Shown: positions 38,301 to 47,487, counted from the first letter of the stretch. The stretch is 64,000 nt of DNA from an archaeon (GCA_043814055.1 JBDRKL010000004.1:86246-150245); one strand, 5' to 3'. Numbers and translations: made by a program. Notes: generated by a model not told the origin, from the letters alone.

Positions 38301-38793
38301 GGACTCTGGGGGCAACGCGCTCGCAGAGAAGGCAATGAACCTGACAATCACTGGAACTGCAGTTACAACTGGTAATGGCACCCAAAACGAAACCAAAATA
38401 GGTGGGCTCGGGCTGACCCTGCCGGACATCTCTGGTTCAGGCGTTGTGATTATGCTTATAATCGTGCTCGGTGGTGCTGCAGCCGGCTTTGTAATCTGGT
38501 ACAAGTTCTTCCGGATGGTGCCAATCTCAGACATAAAAAAGAACATAACAATGTACTCATCGGGCGGCGCCCGCCTTGAGGGTGTTGTGAAGTCCGTGAC
38601 TGAAACCAAGAAGGGTAAGGTCTTTATGATAGCTGACCACACTGGCAAACTGCACGTGCGCTATCCATACTACACAACAATTGAGAAAGGCGACCTGATT
38701 CGCTCAAAGGGCGTTATGAAAACCTACAAAGAAGTGCCGTACATGGATGCAGTTGACCTGCTCAGAGTTACGGTGAAGCACAAAGGGATGTAG
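35380..38793 (+). CDS. Large N-glycosylated cell-surface protein (helical repeats, Ig-like domains, TM, C-terminal OB-like domain)
   Basis: Signal peptide, dense NxS/T sequons, QW-like repeats (WLKHNQSRDGYF, WIYTQRNTSSGGW), C-terminal TM followed by an ~90-aa domain. Confidence 0.8.
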   Translation: MAPKLMKIGILVVLITLFVAQAAYANCTYSGTGDWIIDSTESCANTSEVITLNGNLTINGELNFTNVTLKVNATTQGGFKIFLNGSTTKFNVFGGSNITNESAANSYNITVDNGTLIINNSVIEMLNNLTLSNSALANFTNVTFNRSNISIADSTSNLTVKWYVDVYVNDTNGVNTSATVVINDTANNNHFSGASSASTGMITQQVLPEFWRNNATWYYYSLYNISASNAWGSNNTTLNLTSDKTGSNNITLTVTAVPNCTITALNTSITLPPLGLQIVEVNITNTGGLTDNFTLNTSLPTGWSYDIVNSTVYNMVAGSYTSANLRIIVGSNGQPDSMQTLTLYCYSHRNAGAFNTSTMNVTVDDALEYATITQNATDWIEGNESSQGIWGPSNYTTAWVLWTLNTTANSSITNITNTTSIFNATQHASGYWLDDVYENNTTTAMVIIAYKEAGYANNSTNGNLTLAANYLMTQAKVDANHAWPSTTNNAYTTAVILTALYKEGTYNSNTSAINATKWLVGNLTNASTGNYTYWSWGNNTTNTSWGIWATKSGYGYGNLNSTEQTKRNAAVLWLKHNQSRDGYFGSSANIYDTAMAVIALKAEGVALTDTWEIDIDKNFSTTYDRYNASLEQAIYWIYTQRNTSSGGWGLSPTSALGSSLGTLALGGSYATVSGQVQGSGNASGFNITGVNVTFGSYTAQTNSSGHYKLNVPAGTYSWDVAHINFTANSSTGFVLGNGESRTQNILMLPGINITGFYGTEETSNKYLSTASPAASATYNISATAVYKYNTSRGVNGTYYYSLNVSTVSGPYASNATTGYFMQGGLTAPAVTVQTAYTTNLSINDSYGSYAETAKTLTVTVVATGDPATDSSGGPPGSTSDYGLSFLEYSHAIKLAQGETQTIKVKIKNSGTKSLENVALSIVSINSDWYSSKVSGTSSGIEGMLDSGEVVTYDVTFNIPATADPKTYSGTWRVKDSGGNALAEKAMNLTITGTAVTTGNGTQNETKIGGLGLTLPDISGSGVVIMLIIVLGGAAAGFVIWYKFFRMVPISDIKKNITMYSSGGARLEGVVKSVTETKKGKVFMIADHTGKLHVRYPYYTTIEKGDLIRSKGVMKTYKEVPYMDAVDLLRVTVKHKGM

Positions 38794-39316
38794 CTCTTCT
38801 GCTTGGAGATATTGCAAGCTTTTCAAGTTCGCCCAGTTTAGGGTTTGTGTGCCCGCATTTCTGGCAGACAAAAACTATCTTGGAATGCTCTGGCCGCCCG
38901 TCTATGAAATCCTTGTACCTGTCCTTGATATAATTAAAATATTTCTGAGCCGCAGCCTCGGTCTTTGCTGAAAATATCATGCTCCACTCAAAATCTCCAA
39001 ACAACATATAAACATCAATTACTTCAACACCCATCTCAGCAGCAACTTCTCCTCCTTTGAGTCCGCTTATTATCTTGTTCAGGCCTGCCTTGGTCGGCGG
39101 ACTGGCCTTGAAAAGAACCATATAAGTGGTCCAGCCCATCTTGGTGCAGTCGGTAAGCGCTGAATATCCTATTATGACCTGCTCGTCTTCAAGAGCTTTT
39201 CTAGTTCGGAAGACTGTACTCTGGGCGCAATTTAATTTTTTAGCTATTGCAGAGTCGCTCTGCCGCGCGTCTTTCTTTAATTCCTTTAGAACTTTTTCGC
39301 GTATTTCATCTTTCAT
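38768..39316 (-). CDS. Lrp/AsnC family regulator
   Basis: LKKDARQSDSAIAKKL...LEDEQVIIGYSAL; GDFEW. Confidence 0.85.
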   Translation of the reverse strand: MKDEIREKVLKELKKDARQSDSAIAKKLNCAQSTVFRTRKALEDEQVIIGYSALTDCTKMGWTTYMVLFKASPPTKAGLNKIISGLKGGEVAAEMGVEVIDVYMLFGDFEWSMIFSAKTEAAAQKYFNYIKDRYKDFIDGRPEHSKIVFVCQKCGHTNPKLGELEKLAISPSRRATSLCASP

Positions 39317-39379
39317 AACTCCACAATTCTCTCAAAACTATTATTTAAAACTTTCTTTCTATGCGATCCAGTGCATAAT

Positions 39380-39907
39380 CTAATTTCGCGTCTTGCAAAC
39401 TGCCTTAATCCTTTCAAGGACAAGCGGGTTTTTCAAAACATCCTCGCCCTTCTTTTTCAAAACTCCAACCCCGCCGATAAAAATCATCTGGTGCGCTCTG
39501 GCGAATTTTTCCATTGCTGTTATTGTGCCCTGTATTGAATCCTTGCTCGCTTCTCCGGATGCTCCTGCAATTACGTTCTTCCCCCTCAGCGAAAGTTTTT
39601 GGTACAAATAATTAGTCCTGTCCATAAAGTTTTTCATAAGACCTGAGACATTGTCAAAATAGCAAGGGCTCCCAAGCACAATCGTGTCTGCCTTTAGCAG
39701 TTCAACCTCAAGCGTTTTCATACCATCCCGGATTACACACTTCTTGGTTTCCTGGCATTTGTCACAGCCATTGCACTGCTTCAGTTTAAGGTCTCTCAGC
39801 GCGATGAATTTCCTCTTCGTGCCAAGCTCTTTCATAATCGCCTTGACAAGCTTGTCAGTGTTGCCGTTCTCCACGGGGCTTCCTGATATGCCGAGTATGT
39901 AGGTCAT
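39380..39907 (-). CDS. Iron-sulfur flavoprotein / flavodoxin-family protein
   Basis: Start MTYILGISGSP..NGNT, CNGCDKC...C, GSPCYF, MKNFMDR. Confidence 0.88.
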   Translation of the reverse strand: MTYILGISGSPVENGNTDKLVKAIMKELGTKRKFIALRDLKLKQCNGCDKCQETKKCVIRDGMKTLEVELLKADTIVLGSPCYFDNVSGLMKNFMDRTNYLYQKLSLRGKNVIAGASGEASKDSIQGTITAMEKFARAHQMIFIGGVGVLKKKGEDVLKNPLVLERIKAVCKTRN

Positions 39908-39941
39908 GAGTAAAATGGTTTGGGTATAAACCAATTTGCAC

Positions 39942-40001
39942 GGTAGCGGTGCAGCATCACCAATTTGATGCACCGCACTTTCCCTCCGCAAGTAGGCGGA
40001 G
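39942..40001 (+). mobile_element. Hairpin cassette abutting the tRNA-Gly CCA end
   Basis: GGTA-GCGGTGCA-N15-TGCACCGC-N7-CTCCGC-N6-GCGGAG. Confidence 0.75.
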
Positions 40002-40182
40002 TGGTGCGCCGGCCGGGACTTGAACCCGGGTCGCAGCCTGTTTGCAACCCACTTCGCAGATTTACTGCCGCGAAGCGGCTCCGAATCGCGTAGCGATTCG
40101 TTTTTTGGTCGAGCTTTTTGCGCGCGTAAGCGCGGAAAAAGGTCGTGGCAAGGCTGAATCATAGCCGCTAGACCACCAGCGC
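40002..40182 (-). tRNA. tRNA-Gly(GCC) with 106-nt intron at 37/38 (40040-40145), CCA encoded
   Basis: GCGCTGG...CCGGCGC-A-CCA, anticodon arm CAGCC-TTGCCA|A-GGCTG, canonical BHB (TTGC/GCAA central helix). Confidence 0.92.
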
Positions 40183-40221
40183 ATTGACTCTTACAGAGTC
40201 TTTTTCAATACTTAAGAGTTC

Positions 40222-40296
40222 TGGTGGGCCCGACCGGAATTGAACCGGTGACCTTTTCCACGTCAAGGAAATGTCATACCACTAGACCCCGGGCCC
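40222..40296 (-). tRNA. tRNA-Val(GAC), CCA encoded
   Basis: GGGCCCG/CGGGCCC, TTTCC-TTGACGT-GGAAA, GGTTCAATTCC; G at position 8. Confidence 0.9.
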
Positions 40297-40374
40297 GTAT
40301 CCAGGGTTTAGCACCCTACCCTGGAAGTATTATAGAGGGGTTGGAGTGTATAAATATATTTGGTAGGCATCAGT

Positions 40375-40557
40375 TTACCATGGCAGCATTCCAACGAGCG
40401 CGAGAACCAGAATAACAATAAGTGCTAAACTGCTGAAAGCTGCAATCTCTACTCCAAATTCTGGTCCTTTTAACAGGGTCAACGCAAGTATTACAATGAG
40501 TCCATTGCAGACCACTACGAGTAGAGGGTTATGATGCCCTTTCCGGTTTAGAATCAT
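40375..40557 (-). CDS. Small membrane protein (2 TM)
   Basis: Hydrophobic 60-aa ORF. Confidence 0.45.
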   Translation of the reverse strand: MILNRKGHHNPLLVVVCNGLIVILALTLLKGPEFGVEIAAFSSLALIVILVLALVGMLPW

Positions 40558-40644
40558 GATTGTTCAAATAATTGTCTTTGCTTTTATATATTATTTTCTA
40601 GACTGGAGTATACAGAACGCGTATGTCCCCAAGCCCGCTCAACA

Positions 40645-40788
40645 TCAGGATTTAAACAACTTTTTCTTACAGCGCAAATACGCCTTTTTTAAACGCTTTG
40701 CATACGCTGGATGAAATGTTAAGAAGACAAGAATCGCCATGCCTATAATGCTTATTCCAAGTATTATTGCAATTTTTTCTGTTGCCAT
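40645..40788 (-). CDS. Small single-TM protein (47 aa)
   Basis: MATEKIAIILGISIIGMAILVFLTFHPAYAKRLKKAYLRCKKKLFKS, directly after the CBS gene. Confidence 0.45.
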   Translation of the reverse strand: MATEKIAIILGISIIGMAILVFLTFHPAYAKRLKKAYLRCKKKLFKS

Positions 40789-40797
40789 CTTATTTTT

Positions 40798-41310
40798 TCA
40801 CACTCCAATATTTTGCAGCAAGTCAATCAAACTGCTTGGCGTTACAACGCCTCTGACTTTCTTATTCTTGTCTAAGACAGGGATGTAGTGAAAACCCTCT
40901 TTATATACCAACTCTATTACTTTGTTGATAGGAGTGTCCAGGCTTACTACAGAGCTGTGTTTATTTATCAACTCTTTGGCATTTTTGTACTGGAATTCCC
41001 TTATGTAGCCAACATTCAGCAATTGTACAAGCGGTTCATATTTTACCTGATGCAAAAACAGTTTAATCATGTCTTCGTCGCTAATTTCCCCTACAAACTC
41101 ATCCTCTTTTGTAACTACTATGCAAACATTCGTGTCCTCCCTTTTTAGTTTGTTTAGTATTTTTTCTGCGTCATCGTCAGGATGAAGGAGAACAGGTCTG
41201 ATCATTGCATCTTTCGCAGTCAATCCGCCTACACCTGCAATTTCAGAAATAGCTACAGCGTCTTTCTTTCTTAACTTTCTATTAAAATCTGCAGACTTTA
41301 TTTTTTTCAT
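40798..41310 (-). CDS. CBS-domain pair protein
   Basis: TAKDAMI, FVGEISDEDM, IPVLD...GVVTPSSL. Confidence 0.85.
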   Translation of the reverse strand: MKKIKSADFNRKLRKKDAVAISEIAGVGGLTAKDAMIRPVLLHPDDDAEKILNKLKREDTNVCIVVTKEDEFVGEISDEDMIKLFLHQVKYEPLVQLLNVGYIREFQYKNAKELINKHSSVVSLDTPINKVIELVYKEGFHYIPVLDKNKKVRGVVTPSSLIDLLQNIGV

Positions 41311-41585
41311 TCCGCCCCCCTCTTTTTAACAATTTTATCATATACCTTAAACAACTCCTTAATCTCTTTTATTTTAAGGGAATAGAATTTCTCAGGCGGC
41401 TTTTCCTCGGAATTTACAAAACCAAAATCATACAGCAGTTTCAGGTGCTTGGACGCAGAAGACTCGGTTAGGTTTAGTTTCTCAGCTATTTCATGGACAG
41501 ATACCTTTTCTTTCTGGCAAAGTATATGCAACATGTCCCTTCTTGCCCTGGACCTTATCGCTCTGGCAAGTTGTTCATCCGGCAT
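41307..41585 (-). CDS. ArsR/SmtB family regulator
   Basis: RRDMLHIL...SVHEIAEKLNLTESSASKHLKLL. Confidence 0.85.
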   Translation of the reverse strand: MPDEQLARAIRSRARRDMLHILCQKEKVSVHEIAEKLNLTESSASKHLKLLYDFGFVNSEEKPPEKFYSLKIKEIKELFKVYDKIVKKRGAE

Positions 41586-41698
41586 AATTTTGTGTAAGCT
41601 TGGCGACTTTTTAAGTGTTTCTATGTTGCACAACTGAGCAACCAAAAAACTGAAAAAGTTTGGATTTTTGCCGTGCCTTTATATGCAAATGAGGCGAT

Positions 41699-42232
41699 TT
41701 ACACAGGAACTAGGTCATATAATTTATTCAAATCAGGGTTTACTTTCCCTTCCCTTATGAGCGGGAAGTCCACGTTTACCATTACGGGTTTTTCAATGAG
41801 ATACGTTTGGTATGCCATTCGAACAGCGTTGTAGTATCTTCTTGCTCTCGCGTGGTCGGGAGCTGAGAAACACACTATAAAATCATACTCACCGTTGACA
41901 TACAACATGTCTTTTACTATGACGTTTTGCTTCTTTGGTTCGTCTTCAACAATTCTTTTTATAAGTATTTCCACGAATTTGTTGGTCATGGGTTTACACT
42001 TCATCATGAGCTGGTATAACCCGTGTTTCATCTTGGTGTCGTCAATCACTGCTGTGTAACCCCATATAATTTTTTCTTCTTCGAGCTCTTTTTTCTTTCG
42101 CCAAACCCTCTGCCTGTGGCTCTTTAACTCTTTTGCAATCTCGCGTATGCTCTGCGTTGGGTCATCAAGCAGACATTTTAGCAGTCTAGATGTGTATATT
42201 TCTTTGTTATTTTTTGACTCTTTTTCGGTCAT
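41699..42232 (-). CDS. Lrp/AsnC family regulator
   Basis: DPTQSIREIAKEL...LEEEKIIWGYTAVID; GEYDF; paralog of the 38768 ORF. Confidence 0.85.
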   Translation of the reverse strand: MTEKESKNNKEIYTSRLLKCLLDDPTQSIREIAKELKSHRQRVWRKKKELEEEKIIWGYTAVIDDTKMKHGLYQLMMKCKPMTNKFVEILIKRIVEDEPKKQNVIVKDMLYVNGEYDFIVCFSAPDHARARRYYNAVRMAYQTYLIEKPVMVNVDFPLIREGKVNPDLNKLYDLVPV

Positions 42233-42480
42233 TTTAATACCATTTGTAACATATTAAGTACAAAACCTTTATATATGTATATTGTATTTAATAATTGTTG
42301 CGAGTTAGAGGCGTTGCACACCGCAAGGCGTGTGATGGAATCTGCTTTGAAAATAAGTAGGGGAACCGTGTAAAAAGCGGGTTTCTGGCTCGTAGCACTC
42401 TTATTTATATGTGAGTTCAACATTGTGATTCGACAGTTTTATAAAGCCCAACGCTTGATTATTCAATTAGTGTAATAAAA

Positions 42481-45207
42481 GTGACCCTATCTAAAAACAT
42501 TAATTGGCACCACAAGAACGTGGAACACGTTCTAAGCGAGCTTAGTACAACAAGAAAAGGGTTGTCAAGCAATGAGGCGGACAAGCGGCTTAAGGAGCAC
42601 GGCTACAATGACCTCGGGAAGTTTGAAAAGGTTTCGGCTTGGAGGGTTTTTCTAAGGCAGTTCAAGAGCTTTATCATATATGTTTTATTGTTTGCAGCAG
42701 CTGTTTCATTCTTTATCGGGGACCACACTGAGTTCTCAGTTATCTCCGGCATAATACTATTTGTTGTTATTTTGAGTTTTATAGAAGAGTACACAGCATC
42801 CAAGGATATGGATGCCCTGAAGAAGCTCACACCCATTATGGCAAGGGTGCTGCGCGATGGACAGGCCAAAACCATTCACTCTAGAGAACTTGCCCCAGGA
42901 GATGTTATTCTCCTTAAGAGCGGTGATCGCGTTCCTGCCGACGCGCGCTTGATAAGCGCTAATAGTCTCAAAATAGACGAGTCCATGCTCACCGGCGAGT
43001 CAAAATCTGTTTTGAAAAACACAGACTCGCTGAGCGGTAAGGTGTCTCTTGCGGATATGAAGAACATGGTGTTCTCAAGCACATTAGTCGTTGGCGGAGG
43101 CTGTGAAGCAATAGTTGTTGGAACTGGCCGCTCAACAGAAGTTGGAAAAATCTCTGGCATGCTGAACAGCATTGTGGATATTGAGACTCCACTCCAGAAG
43201 CGGATGGACAAATTTGGAAAGCAAATCGCTGTTGGCGTGTTTGCCCTTTGTGCCCTCATCTTCGTTTTGGGCATTTGGCGTGGAGAGCCAATCGCCGGCT
43301 TGCTCTTGATATGCGTTGCGATGTGCGTGGCTGGAATACCTGAGAGCCTCCCAACGATAATCGCAGTCACACTGGCTGTTGGCGTCAAGAACATGGCAAA
43401 ACAGAATGCCATAATTAGGAGGCTTCCTGCTGTTGAAACTCTTGGCGCAACCACGGTCATCTGTACTGATAAAACTGGAACGCTCACGCAGAACAAGATG
43501 GTCATTGAGAACATTTGGACAATGGATACAGAAGTGAATGTCACTGGCGTTGGCTTCAATCCAAAGGGGCTGTTCTTGCGAGAGGGCGTAAAGATAAACC
43601 CCAATAGGCACAACACCATCTCAAAGCTTTTGGAGATAGGCGTTATGTGCAACAACGCCAATCTTCTGAAAAAGAAAAAAGATTGGCTTATTGACGGTGA
43701 AGCGCGCGAAGGTGCTTTTATAGTCCTAGCAAAGAAAGCCGGCATAGAGAAGATAGAATTTCATAAAAAACACCCGAGAATTCACGAGCATCCCTTTGAC
43801 CCTGTTAGGCGGTGCATGACGACCATTCACCACGTAAAAGATATTCCTATTGTGTATACAAAAGGCGCTCCATCAAGCGTGCTCGAAAAGAGCGATTTCT
43901 ATCTCGATGGCGGGAAGATAAAGAAAATGACGCGGAATGAAAAAGAGCTCATTCTCAAAAAGAGCGATTTCTACGCCTCTAAGGGTCTTCACGTCATGGC
44001 GCTGGCTTACAAGGAACACAAAGGCGAAACTATGGAGCTTTTCAGAGTTGAGAAAGGGCTGATATTCGCGGGTCTTGCGTCAATGCGCGACCCTCCTGAG
44101 CCGTCGGCGAAGGAATCTATTATTAACTGCAAGGAGGCAGGAATCCGGGTGGTAATGCTTACAGGAGATAATCGTGAGACAGCGAAGGCTATCGCAGAGG
44201 ATTTAGACATATACAAGGTTGGCGACAGGGTGGTAGAGGGCGTTGAGCTTGATGAGATGGACGACACGGCTCTTAAAAAGATTATTAATGAGATTAGTGT
44301 TTTTGCGCGGGTAACCCCCAAGCACAAGCTTAGGATTGTTGAGTGCCTTCAGGATCTTGGGCATGTTGTGGCGATGACAGGCGACGGCGTGAATGATGCC
44401 CCTGCTTTGAAGAAGGCTGACATTGGGGTGGCGATGGGTCGCTGCGGCACAGAGGTTGCGAAAGAGGCATCAGAGATGGTTCTGAAGGATGATAACTTCA
44501 CGACGATAGTGAATGCTATAAAAGAGGGGAGAAACGTATATTTGAACATACAGAAGACAGTGTATTACCTTTTGGCAACGAACTTCTCAGAAGTTATATT
44601 AATCCTGGTCGCGGTGCTGCTCGGAGCGCACGCTCCGCTTACAGCGCTCATGATTCTTTTCATAAACCTGGTGGGGGACGAGTTGCCGGCGCTCAGCCTT
44701 GCGTTCCAGAGGCCGTCAAAGAGTATAATGAAACAGAAACCTCGCGACATAAAAGAGGGTATCCTGAGTGACTATCTGCTGCTGAAGCTGGTAGAGCCAG
44801 TACCTCTGATGGTTTTGGGAACGCTTCTTTTGTACATTTGGACAATAGCAACAACAGGTTCCTTCGTGAAGGCACAGACAGTTGCCTTTGCAACTATCAT
44901 AATGTTTGAGATTTTCCACACGCTAAACGCAAGGAGCTGGCAGGAGACTGCGCTATCCAAGAAAGTGCTGCTGGATCCGTTACCTCTCCTCGGCATGGCG
45001 AGCTCGTTTATCGCCACTTTGATTGTTATATATGCACCGTTCTTCCAGGGAGTATTCGGCACGGTTTCGCTTGCTCTAACGGAGTGGATCATAATAATAG
45101 TAGCCGCATCTTCAATCCTATTCTATAGGGAGATTGAAAAATCCGTGCTTAACGCGGAGATACAAGAACGAACCAAGTCGTCTATTTACCCTACACGGGA
45201 AGTATAA
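42481..45207 (+). CDS. P-type cation-transporting ATPase (type II, Ca2+-like)
   Basis: TGES, IPESLP, DKTGTLT, KGAP, TGDN, GDGVNDAP. Confidence 0.95.
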   Translation: MTLSKNINWHHKNVEHVLSELSTTRKGLSSNEADKRLKEHGYNDLGKFEKVSAWRVFLRQFKSFIIYVLLFAAAVSFFIGDHTEFSVISGIILFVVILSFIEEYTASKDMDALKKLTPIMARVLRDGQAKTIHSRELAPGDVILLKSGDRVPADARLISANSLKIDESMLTGESKSVLKNTDSLSGKVSLADMKNMVFSSTLVVGGGCEAIVVGTGRSTEVGKISGMLNSIVDIETPLQKRMDKFGKQIAVGVFALCALIFVLGIWRGEPIAGLLLICVAMCVAGIPESLPTIIAVTLAVGVKNMAKQNAIIRRLPAVETLGATTVICTDKTGTLTQNKMVIENIWTMDTEVNVTGVGFNPKGLFLREGVKINPNRHNTISKLLEIGVMCNNANLLKKKKDWLIDGEAREGAFIVLAKKAGIEKIEFHKKHPRIHEHPFDPVRRCMTTIHHVKDIPIVYTKGAPSSVLEKSDFYLDGGKIKKMTRNEKELILKKSDFYASKGLHVMALAYKEHKGETMELFRVEKGLIFAGLASMRDPPEPSAKESIINCKEAGIRVVMLTGDNRETAKAIAEDLDIYKVGDRVVEGVELDEMDDTALKKIINEISVFARVTPKHKLRIVECLQDLGHVVAMTGDGVNDAPALKKADIGVAMGRCGTEVAKEASEMVLKDDNFTTIVNAIKEGRNVYLNIQKTVYYLLATNFSEVILILVAVLLGAHAPLTALMILFINLVGDELPALSLAFQRPSKSIMKQKPRDIKEGILSDYLLLKLVEPVPLMVLGTLLLYIWTIATTGSFVKAQTVAFATIIMFEIFHTLNARSWQETALSKKVLLDPLPLLGMASSFIATLIVIYAPFFQGVFGTVSLALTEWIIIIVAASSILFYREIEKSVLNAEIQERTKSSIYPTREV

Positions 45208-45429
45208 AATTAGTACTTACATAAGCCCCTAGGCCAGTATCGTGACCGAGCTACAGTCCCACAAACTTTTAACCGGTTAGCTATCCTTCTGGATAACTAT
45301 GCTGAAAAGTTTGATCAAAAATAGGCCATATCAAGTTTGTGATGCTATAGCCTTATTGGTCTGGTCAATCTGTTGCGCTGTTTTCCATAGGCACTAAAGT
45401 ATATAAGATTTCCCACATTACACATCTTC

Positions 45430-46641
45430 ATGCCAGCAGAAATGCTCCCAACAGTGACCTATTTCGCCACGCTCCTCGGCTTCGGCGTACTGGTCACAGG
45501 ATTGTCGCGCCGTGTGAACATCCCCGAGGCAGTCTTCATGCTCCTTGTCGGCCTTGCGTTCAGCCCGACATTCTTTAACCTCGTGGACATAAACCTAATG
45601 GGTGACATTCCGGAATTTCTCAGAACCCTTGCCTTAATCATAATCGTTTTCGCATCCTCATTCCATCTCAAGCTTGACACATTCAAGAAGGTCTCAAACA
45701 TTTCCCTAAAGATGTCCTTCGGCGGCTTCTTCTTCACAATGTTCTTTATGGCACTCTGCGCCCATTTCATATTCGGGCTTTCTACACTAGGTTCGCTCCT
45801 GCTCGGTTCAATAGTAGGCGGAACATCCTCTGCCGCGATATACACTTTTCGTGGCGCTCTGGAGAAGGAAAAGCACGCCTTTGACATCCTCACTGTGGAA
45901 TCAATCTTCACCGACCCGCTCACAGTCCTGGTTCCAGTGCTTCTGCTCAGCGCAATCACAGGCGGGGTAACTTCAGGAACATTTTACATCTCTCAGTTCT
46001 GGCAGATGATTGCAGCCGGCGTCGGAACCGGTGTAGTGATTGGATTTGCAGCGGTTGAGGTGTTCAAGCACACTCAGCGCGAACTTTCTCCAATACTTAG
46101 CTTCGCAATAGCAATGATAACCTATGCAATGGCCAGCAACGTAGGCGGTTCTGGGATCCTTGCAGTTGCATTGTGCGCGATGATACTCGGCAATCTCAAA
46201 ATTCCGCACAAGGAAATAATCGGCGAGTTTGAGGATTCACTCTCCATAATGCTCACCATCTCAGTCTTCACCCTCCTCGGCGCGCAAATCTCACTCTCAT
46301 TTGGAGATGGCCTACTTTTCAAGGAAATTATCTTCCTCGCAATTCTCATATTCTTCGCCCGCCCGGTGCTTGCAATACTCTCACTCGCAAAGACAAACAC
46401 AAACCTCCCTGACACATTGCTCATTGCGTTCACCGGCCCGCGCGGCGTGGCTTCTGCGGCAATGGCTGCAATTCCGGTTACTTTCGCCCTGCGCGAGAAT
46501 ATTGAATGGCTCATTCCAGAAGCAGAGCTCATCCTCCTAACAACATTCATGGTAATCCTCTTCACAATGCTCTCAAGCACAATAGTTGGTTTTATTTTCT
46601 CAAGAATAGGCAGTAGTGCTGAAGAGCAAAATTCTAATTAG
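45430..46641 (+). CDS. Cation/proton antiporter (CPA1/NhaP-like)
   Basis: About 12 TM, ESIFTDP, SGILA, GPRGVASA. Confidence 0.88.
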   Translation: MPAEMLPTVTYFATLLGFGVLVTGLSRRVNIPEAVFMLLVGLAFSPTFFNLVDINLMGDIPEFLRTLALIIIVFASSFHLKLDTFKKVSNISLKMSFGGFFFTMFFMALCAHFIFGLSTLGSLLLGSIVGGTSSAAIYTFRGALEKEKHAFDILTVESIFTDPLTVLVPVLLLSAITGGVTSGTFYISQFWQMIAAGVGTGVVIGFAAVEVFKHTQRELSPILSFAIAMITYAMASNVGGSGILAVALCAMILGNLKIPHKEIIGEFEDSLSIMLTISVFTLLGAQISLSFGDGLLFKEIIFLAILIFFARPVLAILSLAKTNTNLPDTLLIAFTGPRGVASAAMAAIPVTFALRENIEWLIPEAELILLTTFMVILFTMLSSTIVGFIFSRIGSSAEEQNSN

Positions 46642-47453
46642 GCTAGCATTGCTCTTGCCTTGCCCTGAAGCTTTTCAAGCACTTTCCTGCTGACCTCGGT
46701 CTTTCCATACAACTCGCCAATATCGCTTTCCGCCAGCTCTTCTATCAAAAGAATGCCGGCCTTGGAGAGCTTTTCGTGCACTTTTTTTTCAATGTTCAGA
46801 ATCGTGAGCGGATATATGCTCTTGTCATCTATCATGCTCCTCAGATCCCCGTCAGGCGGGTAGTTCCAGCCCACTAGCAGCGTGCCTTTCGCCTTCGCAT
46901 ATCTTGTACCGTGCTCGGAGAATTTCGTGTTAGTGACCAGCATTATGTTGTCGTAAACCCCTTTGTTCGGACCCTTGTTAATGTCATCAAACCGAGCCCA
47001 GGTTTGTATCACGGTCCCTAGGTCGCAGAACCTGTGCGGGTTCACGTGGTGTTTGCACTCCACAAGGTACTTCTTCCCGTCCTTTTCCACAATTACGTCC
47101 ATCTGGTGCTCTATGCATTCCCCTTGAACTATCTTGTTCCACTCTGTCTCGTAGCCGTGGGCTCTGAACAAGTGCGATATGTACTTCTCAAACTCGTGCT
47201 CGCCCGGCTCAAGCGCCGCGAGTGCCTGCTTGAGCTCGTACTTCTTTGAATGAGCTTGCTCATATTTGTTGAGCTTTGCCAAAACCCAGGTGAGGATATC
47301 TTTTGTAGTTGTTCCTTCCCTGACGTTCTGCTCAACTTCACTTACAATTCGCTCCGCAACATCTTTTGGAACTCCAGACCGCTCGCATGTCCTGAGTATT
47401 TTTTCCCTGTCAAACTTTGCCCTCTCACCGTTTGCCTTGATTACGTAGACCAT
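46638..47453 (-). CDS. ATP-cone + Mrr-like restriction endonuclease domain protein
   Basis: VIKANGERAKFDREKI (ATP-cone); FEKYI...D...VECKH (PD-D/ExK); VTNTKFS. Confidence 0.85.
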   Translation of the reverse strand: MVYVIKANGERAKFDREKILRTCERSGVPKDVAERIVSEVEQNVREGTTTKDILTWVLAKLNKYEQAHSKKYELKQALAALEPGEHEFEKYISHLFRAHGYETEWNKIVQGECIEHQMDVIVEKDGKKYLVECKHHVNPHRFCDLGTVIQTWARFDDINKGPNKGVYDNIMLVTNTKFSEHGTRYAKAKGTLLVGWNYPPDGDLRSMIDDKSIYPLTILNIEKKVHEKLSKAGILLIEELAESDIGELYGKTEVSRKVLEKLQGKARAMLA

Positions 47454-47487
47454 AATCCTAATTAACCACACAGCCCTTATAACCCTT

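Noticed and set aside
39916-39933. TGGTTT-N6-AAACCA as another module-B hairpin
   Set aside because: AT-rich, on the wrong side of module A and overlapping the flavodoxin TATA box; may be chance or an operator
39908-40162. N-terminal extension of the flavodoxin ORF
   Set aside because: Reads through tRNA-Gly and a hairpin cassette; the family motif starts at 39907
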